Assembly: GCF_027921745.1 (NCBI RefSeq)
Contig: NC_079238.1
Location: 62,001-126,000, forward strand
Direction of reading: 5' to 3'
From: Schizosaccharomyces osmophilus
Lineage: Eukaryota
Length of the DNA stretch: 64,000 nt
Made by a program: the position numbers and the translations under genes. Below are positions 36,777-49,437 of the stretch, in pieces; the first letter of the stretch is position 1; each line of letters opens with the position of its first letter. A model generated the notes under the pieces. That model did no database searches and was not told where the DNA came from. It worked only from the letters and a program-made list of their open reading frames with translations.

Positions 36777-37699
36777 ATTCTCGAATTTTTTTTTCACAGA
36801 CACTAGTTTTTTTAACATACATGATTCACAATATCTTTTGCTTTTACTTATGCTTATGCTTATGCTTTGCTTTATTTTTCTAATCTTTCACTTCACATCC
36901 TTAATAATACAATTTTCTAATATTTTTCGTATTGCAAGTTCATTTTTAATATGTTTTGTGGTTAGTACATTGTTTTCTCAGATAAATAAATAGTCGACTC
37001 TTTTATAATGGGGTATTTCCGATTTGGTTCTTTAAGAAAAAAATAATTGAATAATCAAAGAAAATGATGTTGATATCTTAACTTACAATAAATGGAAATT
37101 TTGACTACGCAAGCTTTTGAGAGCAAATGTCTTATAGAATCAACAATCAAACACGATACAGTCTGTGCATCTGATACTTTGTTTTATTTGCTTTACTTAC
37201 CAAAGCACTTTAAACTAAGTAGAGAACTGTGTTTTGGTTGTTTTATCAGTAACGTGACATGTCTCGATGTCTCAACTTATAAGAAAAATCAAGTAGTAAT
37301 ACATTAGCACCTCAATAACTTGGCTAAGTGCTTTTCATTATATAATTTGTATGAATGGCTAAAGTTAGCGAGACTGAGATTCGTTTGTAAATACATATGC
37401 TGTACAAACTATACGAGCAAATGCTAGAGTACCAAAATAAAAAAAAAAATTATTTATACAAAACTTAAAGTCTGCCGTCGACTCTTGGGCTAAAGCTTGC
37501 TGGTATTTGCAATCACATGAGATCTATCAATTCGGAACAATCAACCATTTTCTACTCTATGAGATGAACCGAAATAAAAATTTTAAACAACTATTAGTAA
37601 AATGTCGAATCAGTCTACATCCAAAACAAACCTTCATCATCGAGTCTAAATTATAAAAAAATCATCTCGCGCAAACAAACTCTTATCATGTACGTATTA

Positions 37700-39181
37700 C
37701 TATGATATAGCTTGTAATTCTTTTTCATCAAATTTAAAATAGTCTTTTAGAGTTGAAGCGAACCTTTGCAGTCCCATTTCAAATTTATCAACAGGGGCAA
37801 TGGAATAGGCAAACCGAAAAAAAATTTGATCGTTTTTATCGGGATAAGCCATAAATAACTGTCCACAAATGGGTTTCACTCCCTTTTGCAAAAGTGCCTC
37901 GAAGATTTCCAATTCAATATCAGAAACAGACTTGTTTTTACTGTCAAAAAGATAACGATCTTTATTAATCTCAACCCATAAGAACAGACCAGCCTTTGGA
38001 GCTTTATAAGAGCATATACTTTTTGGAAGGTGTTTATTTGCGGATTCAAGCAAAGCATTTCGGCGGATAGTGTAAGTACGTTGTAACTCTTGCAACCACA
38101 GGAAGAATCCTTCTTGTTTCCAATGATTTAAGATGGCAAACAAAGTGACTTGAGAGATACCTGAAGGGCTTTCCGTCGATACCTCCGCAGCTCGTGTAAT
38201 GCGGTCAATGAAAAGTTGGTTACCAGTAATCCATCCTAATCGGCTTCCTGGAGCAATCAGTTTTGAAAAAGAATCAATTCGCAAAACCCGACCTTCCACG
38301 TCAAGTTTCAAAAAGGATGGTACTAGTTTCTTTACGAACGAGGACAAAACAGTAGAGTTTTGCATACTATCTTGCTTTTGGTTTCCTTCTTCCAAAGTAC
38401 TTCCATTATAACTGTCCATTTGCAAAAAGTAATACGGCTCATCTTCAATAATGATGATGTCGTATTTTTGAGCTAATACCATGATTTTTTTTCTCCGATC
38501 AATGGATAAAGTGCTGCCAGTTGGGTTTTGGCCAGTTGGAATCGTATACAATATACGAGGACGTGACCCTTTTGAAGGGTCCCAATTTTCCATAATTTCT
38601 TGTAAGCTTTCGGGAAGCATGCCCTCTCCATCCATGTCAATCGAAATGAAATTTACCCCAAGAGGAGACATTGCAGTTATAGCAGCAGGGTATGTATATT
38701 TCTCTATAAGAACGGGATCTCCATAGTTAATAAGTAGCCTCAGACAGTATTCGAGACCGATTGTGTTTCCGTTCGTCAATTTAATTTCCCATTCCTTGTA
38801 AGGTGGAGAATGGGCTAGTTTGACATGCTCCTTTATGAAGTTGACTAGCTCTGGAATACCTTGGCATTGTCCATATTGTAAAGCTCCCTCAAAATCTAAC
38901 CCATTTTCATTCTCATCTCTTCCTAAGTCATATGAGACATCAGCTTCTTTAGGGTAACTATTTCCGGCGCCCTCATGAAAGCAGCCGAGCTCTGGGAAAC
39001 GCACTGAAAGCCTTCGAAGAGCAAATTTACTAGGATGGGGAATCCCACCAGAAAACGATATTAAATCGATATCTGTGTTGCACTTTATGCGATCCAACAT
39101 TTGAAAGGGTCCTTTTCCACGAGCTCTGGCTTCTCGTGACAAATGATGTTGAAACTTGTCATTAAAAATAGAAGGAGACAT
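37700..39181 (-). CDS. Aromatic amino acid / 2-aminoadipate aminotransferase (Aro8-like, PLP class I)
   Basis: ALQYGQ..G, YTIPTGQNPTG, IIIEDEPYYFL, RIDSFSKLIAPGSRLGW. Confidence 0.92.
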   Translation of the reverse strand: MSPSIFNDKFQHHLSREARARGKGPFQMLDRIKCNTDIDLISFSGGIPHPSKFALRRLSVRFPELGCFHEGAGNSYPKEADVSYDLGRDENENGLDFEGALQYGQCQGIPELVNFIKEHVKLAHSPPYKEWEIKLTNGNTIGLEYCLRLLINYGDPVLIEKYTYPAAITAMSPLGVNFISIDMDGEGMLPESLQEIMENWDPSKGSRPRILYTIPTGQNPTGSTLSIDRRKKIMVLAQKYDIIIIEDEPYYFLQMDSYNGSTLEEGNQKQDSMQNSTVLSSFVKKLVPSFLKLDVEGRVLRIDSFSKLIAPGSRLGWITGNQLFIDRITRAAEVSTESPSGISQVTLFAILNHWKQEGFFLWLQELQRTYTIRRNALLESANKHLPKSICSYKAPKAGLFLWVEINKDRYLFDSKNKSVSDIELEIFEALLQKGVKPICGQLFMAYPDKNDQIFFRFAYSIAPVDKFEMGLQRFASTLKDYFKFDEKELQAIS

Positions 39182-39928
39182 GGAAAATTGCTTGGTTTAT
39201 ACCCTAAGAATGCAAACTTGTATGCTTTATGGCTCTAAATTCCAAATGAAAGCAGATTAACACAGTTCTATCCGAAGATCCTTTTCTTTACATATAAAAA
39301 CTACCAAATTATATAAAGAAGTATCTATGATTTCGACATGGAAGCAAAAACGAGTTTTTTTTGAAGCATAGGACTTATGCGAGGAGTGCCAACTGGTGGT
39401 CCTTGTAGATCAGATTTTTAAGATCTGTATCTATGGAGATAAGAAGGAATAGGATTGATTACTTATAGGAAACAAGCAACACCAATAATAATAATAAATA
39501 AATTAAAATAAAATAAAAACACAGAAATAAACAGACTGAGAGTAGTTCTTGTACTAACAAATATTCTGTTTTTATTAATTCTAGATAGATTCTAACAGTT
39601 TGTTAAAACATTTATAGATCACAATAGTCGCAAGTTGATTGAAAAAAATGTATTGAAGCCTGCAAAAGAAGGACATGTATTATTGCATTTCTGATGCACT
39701 ATTGTGCACTAGTTTAGACCTTTGTCATAACGTCCGATTATCGCTTTTACCTCTTAGACAAATTCCCTGTACTTTTTAGAGCTTATCCTTAAGGTGTATT
39801 TTAGGATATCTGGTTTTTGGCAGTAAGACGTAGTACAATACAAATCCATTTCATATAGAAAAAGAAATATCATTGTCTAAATCATTATCATTGCATCATA
39901 GATTTTGGTAGTTTCATCAGTTCAGCGA

Positions 39929-40615
39929 TTACTCCCGCTTACTTAAAATCGGACTTGGTGGTGCTTTAGGGATAGGAACTGGTTCACTTAAAAGCTGTAA
40001 GGGACCACAGAGTTGATCGAACTTTACCTTCGGATAAGCATTCTTGTAGTATCGTTGAGTTTCTGGAAACTTTGCTAAATCATCTTTGGTCATAACAGAT
40101 GACAATATAAAGTACAAGTGGGCCACAGCGGCAGCATCTGCAACCGTTGGATCTTCTCCAACAAGAAACTCCTTGTCTTTTACTTGACGCTCAAACACTG
40201 TAAGGACAGAAAATGTCTTTTTCTTAGAATTCTCCTCAGTCTTCGGATCATACGGAATGGAGCGCATTCTGCCAGCTACCCAGGGAATACAAGCATCATA
40301 AAACTCCTGATTGAAGAAACAAGCCCATAACAAGACTTCTGCCCTGGCAAGTGCATTAGCACCGCCTACCGTTCCCACTGGGTCAAAGCTCGCAAAGTAA
40401 CTAGCGATGGAAATAGATTGCCATAGACTAGTCCCGTCAGCACCCACGAAAACAGGAATTTTTTGTATGGGAAATTTATCAGCCAAATGTTTAGGAAAAG
40501 AACCAGGTAACGTATTTGAAGCATTCTCTACACCCAAGCCCAGCATCGCAGCTGTACTAAGGACCAAACCAACACGAGGGGATTTGACAGAACCGTAGAC
40601 AGTACCGAAAGCCAT
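39929..40615 (-). CDS. Glutathione S-transferase, EF1B-gamma-like
   Basis: 228 aa from ATG 40615; KFPIQKIPVFVGADG..LWQSISIASY, FLVGEDPTVAD. Confidence 0.85.
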   Translation of the reverse strand: MAFGTVYGSVKSPRVGLVLSTAAMLGLGVENASNTLPGSFPKHLADKFPIQKIPVFVGADGTSLWQSISIASYFASFDPVGTVGGANALARAEVLLWACFFNQEFYDACIPWVAGRMRSIPYDPKTEENSKKKTFSVLTVFERQVKDKEFLVGEDPTVADAAAVAHLYFILSSVMTKDDLAKFPETQRYYKNAYPKVKFDQLCGPLQLLSEPVPIPKAPPSPILSKRE

Positions 40616-42076
40616 ATTTGAAATTTCACTTGTTTCCTCTAAAACGCTCAAGAACTGACTATATATTATTACGATGGTAGTGGCTAGAAGACGTAAATGG
40701 AAAGGGAAGAATACTGGTTCCGTCCGTAATATGCATGTGATGCTGTACTTACATCACGGAGGGGAGAAATTACGCTTCCACTTTACTTGAATCCTCTACG
40801 TGAAGAAATTCATAGAAAGTATTTAGATCCGTCTCTTCATTGAGGCTCTTTCAACACTTTGTTTGTAGCTTTAGGATGAATAAATCCTAGAAATACGTCA
40901 ATTCGAGGTCTATTACTGAAACTAATTTGCTAGAAAAGAGTTTTGCCAAAGATATCTCTACCGTCGTAAAAACAATTGATAAGTACCAATAAGGGTACAA
41001 AAATGCGGGTAATGTATATAAGCGTTCATAATAAGTATAGGACGTCTTCGTCAAATTGACTTTTACCATGCCTTTTCAGAAGAGTGCTACAAGTATACAG
41101 GTACTATTGTTCTGTTCTAATCTTTCTGTTAACATTTTCCGCAAACAACTTGTAAGCAAAAGTGGTTTGAACTGAAACCATAAATAATGTCACATCCCAT
41201 CATGTAAACAAAACCCAGAAATCCTTTTCAGGAATTACAAATGCAAATTGAAAAAATTTGGTATTTTTTAGGTAGAAAATTTCCAAATAGTACTGGATAG
41301 TTTTTAACCCGGTGTAATTAAGACCGCTTTCGGTACATCAGGAGTTTATGCACATTTGCCTGCATATGCAGTCTTATTCACTTTAAAAAAAAAAGAAATG
41401 TTATAACCTTTATTTCTTTCATTCATACGCTTTTCATTAAGAATGAAGTTCGTCTTGGGACGATCAATTCAGCTTCGATTTTTTTGTTTATTGTTACTTC
41501 ATTAGTAACAGTCATGCGCGGCGGTAGATATATCAATATCATACTGTCGATTCACGAAATAGGTTTAGTGTTTCAGAAATGGTCCTCCTAGGCCATAACC
41601 ATTCGGCTTTAGGTTGATTATAAGTCGCGTTGCCGAAAGTATTAGGCATGGAGAAAGGCTATAATGAATTATAAATATCGATTCCTATTTATACTATGTT
41701 ATACAGTTAGAAGAGGATGATCATTTGTTGTATAGAAAGTGGAAATGTTGTTCTTTTCTAGATCATCCCGTGAATTCCCTTCATTGTTTTGGGTTAGGGA
41801 TTTATTTAAAATAGAGTTCTAGTAATGAAACAAAAAGCTTTTCTTCGAGAAATAAAGTGGGTTATGAGTAACTGTTTGATGATATCGTATTGTTATAAAG
41901 ATCATACAGCGTACTCGCACAAATAGGTCAACAGCATTGTAATTAATTCCTTTTATTATTACCTACCTTCATCAATAACTCGGTTCGATAATCATTAGCT
42001 TCATAAAGTTTAGATAAGTATATACAAGACAGCTTAGTTTTCGGCCTTCTATTTTCTTCCCCGGATGGGAGCTTAT

Positions 42077-43708
42077 TTATTTCATGCTCTTTTCATCGTC
42101 TGCCATCCAAGAATCTAGCTGAGAGCTTGGATCTGAGCGGTTTGTTCCGAGGTCAATTTCAGAAAGTCTCCAAAACCGTGTCTTCGCAAAGAATTTGTAC
42201 GTAAAATAAATAATAGGAAAAAGTGGCAACAAAATATACGAATCAACGAAACTAGCTGCATTAAATGGACTTAGTGAGGTCCAACCTTGAATTAGTGCCA
42301 AAAAAACAGTAGCTGCTAAACCAAAATAAGCATTCCATGGAAACAAAAACGATTTGTATAACAGCTCGTCAGTATGGTGTCCTTGTACTTTCCATGCACG
42401 TCGAAACCGGATATGAATAAATGAGATAGATCCCCAAACCAGGAAGGTTGAAACACCGCTCAAATTTACAATATAGTTATAGGCTTTTTGTGCTCCGGTG
42501 CTGACGTTCATCAATGATAGGGCGCCAAATAGATTGGTAAAAACAACGGCATAGATAGGTACGCCTCGCTTATTTACTCTACCCAATATGCGAGGTGCTT
42601 TTCGTTCACGAGCCATAAAGAGGATTGTACGTGACCCAATGTAAATAGAACTGTTTACACTAGAAAGGCTTGTTATAAAAATAAAAGCGTTGATTAAATG
42701 ACCACCTCCTTCCCAGCCCGCAATTTGGATTGCTATTGTCATGGGACTTTTTAGAGTACCACTAGAACCACCAGACAACTCTGGTGAATTGGAAGGACAA
42801 GTAAGTCCAAAGAAAAATGCAGATCCAACATAAACGAAAAGAATTCGCCAAAATACTTGCCGGATAGCACGGGGTACTGCGACTTGAGGGTTCTTTGTTT
42901 CTGTGGCAGCTACGCCAACGGATTCACATCCAGAATAAAAGGAAGAGCAGTATGTAAAAACGGATGCAACTCCTCTAAATCCGTGCACAAATGGGCCAGG
43001 GTTGTGCCAATACCGAAAGCCCAATGCGCCCTTCTGATGTACCAGGCCTCCTGCCGCATAAATGATGGAAAACATAAAGTAGGCGACAAGTCCCAACAGT
43101 TTTATTAGAGCAAGCCAAAATTCTGCTTCGCCAAATGCCTCTACCCCTAAAAGTTGAAATGAAAGGAAAAAAACCCAAAAGAGGAGAAAATAGCCCCAAA
43201 CTGGCACTTTATCACTCCAGAATAAAAATATACTTGTTAATGTGTTGTATTCATTGGACAAAACGGCTACCCAGTTGATAAAATAGTACCAGCCGACGAC
43301 GACCCCAAATGCTTTATCGACCATTCGGTCTGAAAGTTCTGTGAAAGCTCCTCCAGTTGGATACATGGTGGTGATTTCTCCTAATGACTGCATTACACTA
43401 AATGCTATGATCCCAACACCAGAAAATCCAATTAAAAGAGACGCAGGACCTCCATTTGCGAGTGCACCGCCCGATCCAACAAGCAATCCAGGACCGATGA
43501 TACCAGCCAAAGCCATCATACTGAGATGCCTCGACTTTAGTTTTCGTTTCACGCCATGTTTATATTCTTCCAATTGCTCGGCTACGACTTCAACGGACGG
43601 CTCGGTTTCCGAACTTTTCTTTTCGATGTCTGATTCAGATTCCTATTCATTTTGAGTTAATATAAAATCACCTGAGGTAGTACAAATCTAAAATAACAAT
43701 ACCTGCAT
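42077..43708 (-). CDS. Amino acid permease (APC/YAT family); complement(join(42077..43642,43703..43708)), 523 aa
   Basis: LKSRHLSMMALAGIIGPGL, FGEAEFW, GFRYWHNPG, ETKNP; 6-nt first exon ATGCAG, then a 60-nt intron GTATTG...TTAAC...TAG restores an in-frame start. Confidence 0.88.
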
Positions 43709-44739
43709 ATATTAGACTTAATTATAAAAGGAAAGGAGAAGAATCTTCACAAATAAGTAATTTTCATTCATCCTACACATAGTATTACGACAGGCTCAAA
43801 ATGGCCTTTCTCCTAGATAATAATATGAGCAAATCTTCATCCAACAGACTTTCTTATCGCTGTCATATTGATACTGCAATAGATTAGATTACAGCTACTG
43901 GGTCTTATTACCAGTAGCAATGAGCCAGGACAATGAAAATTTTGTATATGCTTATACCAATTAAAGGTTTACATAGCGATACCCTTATAAGGGAAATGGA
44001 AGAATTGATCGCAGCTTTCTTTATTTCTATTGGTAACATTTATAATTCAAAATTATAAAACTATGAAGATGAGACGAATATCCCTCCTCGCTTTTTAAAG
44101 TCGCTAGTTGTATCCATCCAGTAATTGTTTACAACCATTTCTTCTGAAAATTTAAAACATACAAAAGCAGAAAAACTCAAAGTTGGTAGACATTATGATC
44201 CTATTTTTGTCGCATTTTGAAGGATGACTATAGGCTCTGATAGCAAAACTCCAAAAAGACACTTGCAAGATAAACTTCGTACTTTTACAATTCAGGCTTT
44301 GTCCTCGATTTATTATGCAGTGTTTCTTTCAGCGAGAACTGTTACGATAGGTACTCGAATTCATTTGGATTGATATTTATATCTATATAGTTTTCTCAGG
44401 TACTAAGTGCTCAGCTTGCCACCTTCTATTTTACTATTTGTTGATGTATGAAATCACTGCATTCCTACCATTGATCATCTTGTAAACAAACAGTTTTATG
44501 AATCCCTTCATTATGGATACGCTAACTGTTTGAATAAAAGAAAAAATTATGCCAATGATATATTTTCGTTGCCTCCGGTCATGCAGCAATGTTGATAAAA
44601 CGATTTGCGTCACTTGACGAACGACAAATAAAAGATTGGGATATCCATATATTTTGAATTCTATAATCAGTTTTTTACTTTTATCTAGTCAATTTTTCAT
44701 ATTATATCAGACAAGGACTCTTCCTATTTAGTAATAGCG

Positions 44740-46067
44740 ATGTCGACAATCCAAAATGTTTACGCTAGAAGCATTTATGATTCAAGAGGAGAGGAAGCCC
44801 GACCATTGAAATCGAGCTTACCACAGAGTTAGGAATGTTCCCAGCACTGGTACCTTCGGGAGCATCCACCGGGAAATGGGAAGCAAAAGAGCTTCGTGAT
44901 GGAGACAAACAAAAATGGGGAGGCAAAGGTGTTTTGAAGGCTGTAGAGAATGTTAACAAGGTGCTTGGACCTGCCCTAGTAAAGTCAGGAATTGACATTA
45001 CGGACCAAGGAAAAGTCGACAAGTTCATGATAGATTTAGATGGCACAGAAGATAAGTCCAAGCTGGGAGCAAATAGTATTGTTGGCATTTCAATGGCAGT
45101 AGCTCGTGCTGCATCTGCCTATTTAAAGATTCCCTTGTACAAACACATAGCCGAACTGGCTGGTTCAAAAGCAAGTAACTGCCTTCCAGTGCCTTCGTTT
45201 AACGTCTTGAACGGTGGAACACATGCCGGTGGAGATCTTGCCTTTCAAGAAAAAATGGTAATGCCAATTAAAGTTCCCACTTTTTCGGAGGGACTTCGTT
45301 GGTGCAGTGAAGTTTACCATAGTCTGAAATCGCTGGCCAAGCAAAAGTACGGTGCTTCGACAGGAAACGTAGGAGATGAAGGAGGAATTGCTCCTGATTT
45401 AGCAACCGCAGAAGAGGCATTAGATTTGATTAGCGAGGCAATCGTAAAGGGCGGATACGAAGGAAAGGTGAGAATTGGTTTTGATGTTGCTGCCTCAGAA
45501 CTATACGATGGAAAGATTTATGATTTGGATTTTAAGAGCGCAAAGCCGAATCCTGCGAATCAACTTGATTACAAAAAACTTTACCAAAAATACAACCAGC
45601 TGATTGAAAAATACAAGATTGTAAATATTGAGGATCCTTTTTCGGAGGAAGACTGGGAGGCATTTTCGTTTATATCGAGCAACACCAAAGTACAAATCGT
45701 GGCAGATGATTTGACAGTGACAAATACAAAGAGACTATCAAAAGCCATTCAAGAGAAATGTGCGAATGCTCTTCTGGTAAAGATCAACCAAATTGGCTCG
45801 TTATCGGAAACCATTCATGCTGCCAATATGGCAAAGAAAGCCGGCTGGGGTCTGATGGTCTCGCACCGCTCTGGCGAAACTGACGATGTTTTTATTTCCC
45901 ATTTAACAATCGGCTTAGAAGCTGGTCAGATGAAGTCCGGAGCACCGTGCCGATCGGAACGACTAGCCAAGTATAATGAATTGTTGCGGATAGAGGACCG
46001 TCTTGGATCGAATGCAGTATATGCTGGCACCAATGCCCCCAAATATATTAAGTCCAACGCGCTTTAA
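44740..46067 (+). pseudogene. eno102: Enolase (Eno102-like) disrupted by a 5-nt tandem duplication near the 5' end
   Basis: ATG 44740 gives [17 protein letters not shown]; (AGAGG)x2 at 44785-44794 shifts the frame to TAG at 44830. The remainder is intact ([30 protein letters not shown]). Confidence 0.85.
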
Positions 46068-46408
46068 GTTGGAGGATAATTCAAACTCGAGCATATTGAA
46101 TCAAACACTTTGTACAACATCGAAAGTTATCAGTTGTCATGAAATTTTTCTTTAACTCATTCCTTAAAAGTTCTAAATGAATGGTGGAAGTAATACCATT
46201 GCGAAAGGTAACTAGAACTTTTCTTGTATGACAACTTCTACAGACATAACGAGATAGTGTAGAGTTTTCTTTTCCGCCTTCGTCTTACTCCTTATTCACT
46301 GTTCCTTTGCTGGTTATTGTTCATGGTGTAAAGCCCAAATGGAAAATGTTTGCCCTTATCATTCATATCAAACAACAATGTCAGTCGAAGTGAAATTTGT
46401 AAGACAAT

Positions 46409-46556
46409 GACATTTCATATAGTTTAGAAAGAGACAGGAATTGATAAGGGTGTAGAGTTTGGGAAAATGCCAAGGTATTCCGGAATTAGTTAACTTCATA
46501 AAGGAGCAAACTCAAACTAGCCCATTCTCTACCTTGCAGGGAATGGGAGATTAAAT
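46409..46556 (+). pseudogene. Fragment of an Aro8-like aminotransferase; inverted copy of 38779-38941
   Basis: ATGCCAAGGTATTCCGGAATTAGTTAACTTCATAAAGGAGCA...CAAACTAGCCCATTCTC...GGAATGGGAGATTAAAT matches the reverse complement of the intact gene with about 10 differences over 90 nt; contains indels and stops. Confidence 0.85.
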
Positions 46557-47179
46557 AGATAGAAGGTTAAAAATAATCTCGTGTACTGTTTCAGGTTGCT
46601 CGTTAATTATGGGGATTCTGTTCTTACGAATATCTGGAAAATGCACTGAAAACTTTTGAATATGAAATTTACTTGGAAACGATACAAGATGATAATTGTG
46701 TTGCACCTGATTTAAACCATTAAAGAAAAAAAAGGTGCCCTGTACGCAATGCATCCGTCCTTATTAAGCCTAATACTATGCGAGCTATAACGACAGTTCA
46801 CTCTTTAAAAAAAGGTTTGTTTCTTTTTAGTATATCTTCGTTAATGCATAAGTCTCTACTTCTTCACGAATATGTTACACTGTTTGGTCAAAATTTCCAT
46901 CCCAACCGCAGGTAGAGTTCGCTGTTTCTTGGTTTTCACAAACAACTGTTGATTCGGATTGTAGGTGTGTAGTAAATACACATTTTTGGCTTTTTGCCGC
47001 CTCAAAGACTACATAAAATAAATATAGAAAAAATAAACAAAATTCCTTGTGCTTCTGCTGGCATTTACGATCGATATTGCGATACTGAATTTTTTTTGAT
47101 ATATTGCATTACTTTACCCAATTTGGTTATTTTAGTTACTATAAAGTTTCTATTTAAGTTATTTGATGCATAGAAAGGG

Positions 47180-48115
47180 ATGCTTCTTACAGAGTCTTAC
47201 TTTTGTATCACGTCCATGTTGGGCAGCCTAGCTCGACTTGGTTTAGCCTCATTGAATACATACCCTAATACCCCATTTAATGGTATCGTTTGGGCTCAAG
47301 TCATTGGATGTATAATAATGGGTTTTGCACAGACGGAAACCGTCTTTTTTCCTCGACCCAAACACAATGCAGCACTGCTACTAGCAATCACAACAGGATT
47401 TTGTGGTTCTTTGACTACTTTTTCTTCATGGATGTTGGAGATGTTTACGGCTATGGCTAATCTGGGACCTTTTATACCTAGAGGACGAGGAGACTCGTTT
47501 TTGGCCGTTGTTTCCACGTTTACGTTAACAATATCAATGGCATTTTCTGGGTTATTATTTGGAAAACAATTGGGAAGGTCAACAACGTATTGGAAGATTG
47601 GCGAGTTTTCATTTGCTCGAGCAATCCCAATGAACACTCACTTATTCGTAAGAGGGATAATCTTTCTCTTGGCGGTTGGTTTTTTTTTGGGGAGCTCTCT
47701 TTACACGGCTTACACAAAAGATATTACACATCGAGGTATTGGTTTTAGCTTAATTTTTTCGCCGTTTGGTGCAGTCTTGCGGCTGTACCTTTCTCGCTGG
47801 TTTAACTCTCCAAAATACTATATGCCATATGGAACACTGATTGCAAATTTATTGGGTACTCTAATCATTGCTATTATGTATATGCTTCCTCTTATCACAC
47901 ACTGCAGCCCGGTTTCCAGAAGTGTCATCTACGGAATTCAAAATGGATTTTGTGGTTGCTTAACCACTTTATCTACATTTTTGAATGAACTTCATACTAT
48001 GCCAACGAAAAGGGCATATAGTTACTGTATTTTAAGTGTTGCCGTTGGATTTTCATTTTGTGTCATTATAGATGGCGCTACTGCTTGGGGACATGGCTAC
48101 AATATGCAGTCTTGA
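47180..48115 (+). CDS. fex1: Fluoride export channel (two fused Fluc/CrcB domains)
   Basis: 311 aa; TTGFCGSLTTFSSW and NGFCGCLTTLSTF motifs. Confidence 0.93.
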   Translation: MLLTESYFCITSMLGSLARLGLASLNTYPNTPFNGIVWAQVIGCIIMGFAQTETVFFPRPKHNAALLLAITTGFCGSLTTFSSWMLEMFTAMANLGPFIPRGRGDSFLAVVSTFTLTISMAFSGLLFGKQLGRSTTYWKIGEFSFARAIPMNTHLFVRGIIFLLAVGFFLGSSLYTAYTKDITHRGIGFSLIFSPFGAVLRLYLSRWFNSPKYYMPYGTLIANLLGTLIIAIMYMLPLITHCSPVSRSVIYGIQNGFCGCLTTLSTFLNELHTMPTKRAYSYCILSVAVGFSFCVIIDGATAWGHGYNMQS

Positions 48116-48657
48116 TTGTGTTTATGTAAATTACATTTCTTTTCTCCTTTAATTTTGTTGACGTAATTGGTTTCTCTATAATAATTGCTGTATTATTGGA
48201 AATCTTTCCGCTTGCAGCGTGCAGTTTGTGATCGTTTGGGATTAGGTATGGATTCTCTCTTTTGGAGTGTTGTTACGGGGAAAACTCCTATTAGGGTTGG
48301 ATTCCTATGAAATAGAAACTATTGGTGCAAATAGAATATTGGAATTGGCTCCATTTTTCCTTCTCTATATATTTATGACATTCAAAGGTTGCAAGGTATA
48401 CTGCATGAATTACAAAAGATGATATGTGGGTTGCTGGTTCCTTCTTATGATGATAGCTTTTAATTAATATTCCCTTTTATTTTTTATCAATATATCATAC
48501 TTAAATTGGCTTGGTGTTGATTCCTCATGATTCACATTGACGAGTTTTGTGTTTGTAAAGTAGAGCAATACGCTTCTGCAGGACTTTCGATGCTAGTAGT
48601 ATGGAATGTACTTTTAATTATGACCCACAGAAAACACCGATTTGCGATGGCAATGTC

Positions 48658-48955
48658 TTACTGCCCCTTCATGGTTTTTCCCTTTTCCCAAATAGTTCCA
48701 TCTCGAATGACTTTACCCACTGCTTCTTCTACATCACCTTTGAAATGTTTAGCTGTTTTGAAAACTTCAGCAGGGCCTTTTTGGTCGTTGGGGTCCTTTG
48801 ATTCGGGGTCGGAAGAATATCCTTCAGGAGCATTTGCCATGTATCCATAAGTTGAGTCTGTTCCTGCAGATGCTTCGAATTGTTGGGCATCTTTTGTATG
48901 GTTTGAATCCACCTGATGGAATGAAACTCTGTTAACAACGAATGAATTGTACCAT
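48658..48955 (-). CDS. Small hydrophilic stress-type protein with CsbD-like C-terminus; probable complement(join(48658..48912,48953..48955)), 85 aa
   Basis: KGDVEEAVGKVIRDGTIWEKGK resembles the CsbD pattern; ATG followed by a 40-nt GTACAA...TTAAC...CAG intron joins in frame. Confidence 0.6.
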
Positions 48956-49437
48956 CGTGACAACGTTTCGTAAAGAAATAAAAACCAATTGAAATGAAAA
49001 AAAAAATGGTAAAGATGAAAATTATGAATTGTTATAAAAGAGAATTAAGCAATGTTATTTAAAAGTTGATGTATGCGTACTTTTTCTTACAAAAGTCACC
49101 TCGAAACGAGCAAGGTCTATTCGTCACATGAACGCATGAAAACAAAGGTTAAGAAATGACATATGAACCTCGATCATGAAAAAGGGAGTTCAAAGTATGT
49201 ACTGTAGTGACTGATTGATAAAAATGAAAGCTGGATGTATCATTAAATAGTGTATAGGATGCGCGATGTACGACAATAGAAACCAATCGTGAGTGGTAGG
49301 AGTATTGTTTTCTCCATTAGCCTGTAATCATTATTAATACTATTATTATTTATTCCTTCCTCATACATGAATTGCTGCAGGTTAAGGTAGTGATACAAAC
49401 AAGTAGGAAAATGATCATTGCTTCTAGTGGCAGCTGC

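Noticed and set aside
44785..44794. AGAGG duplication as a Tf retrotransposon target-site footprint
   Set aside because: The length matches a 5-bp TSD but no LTR remains; slippage or repair is simpler
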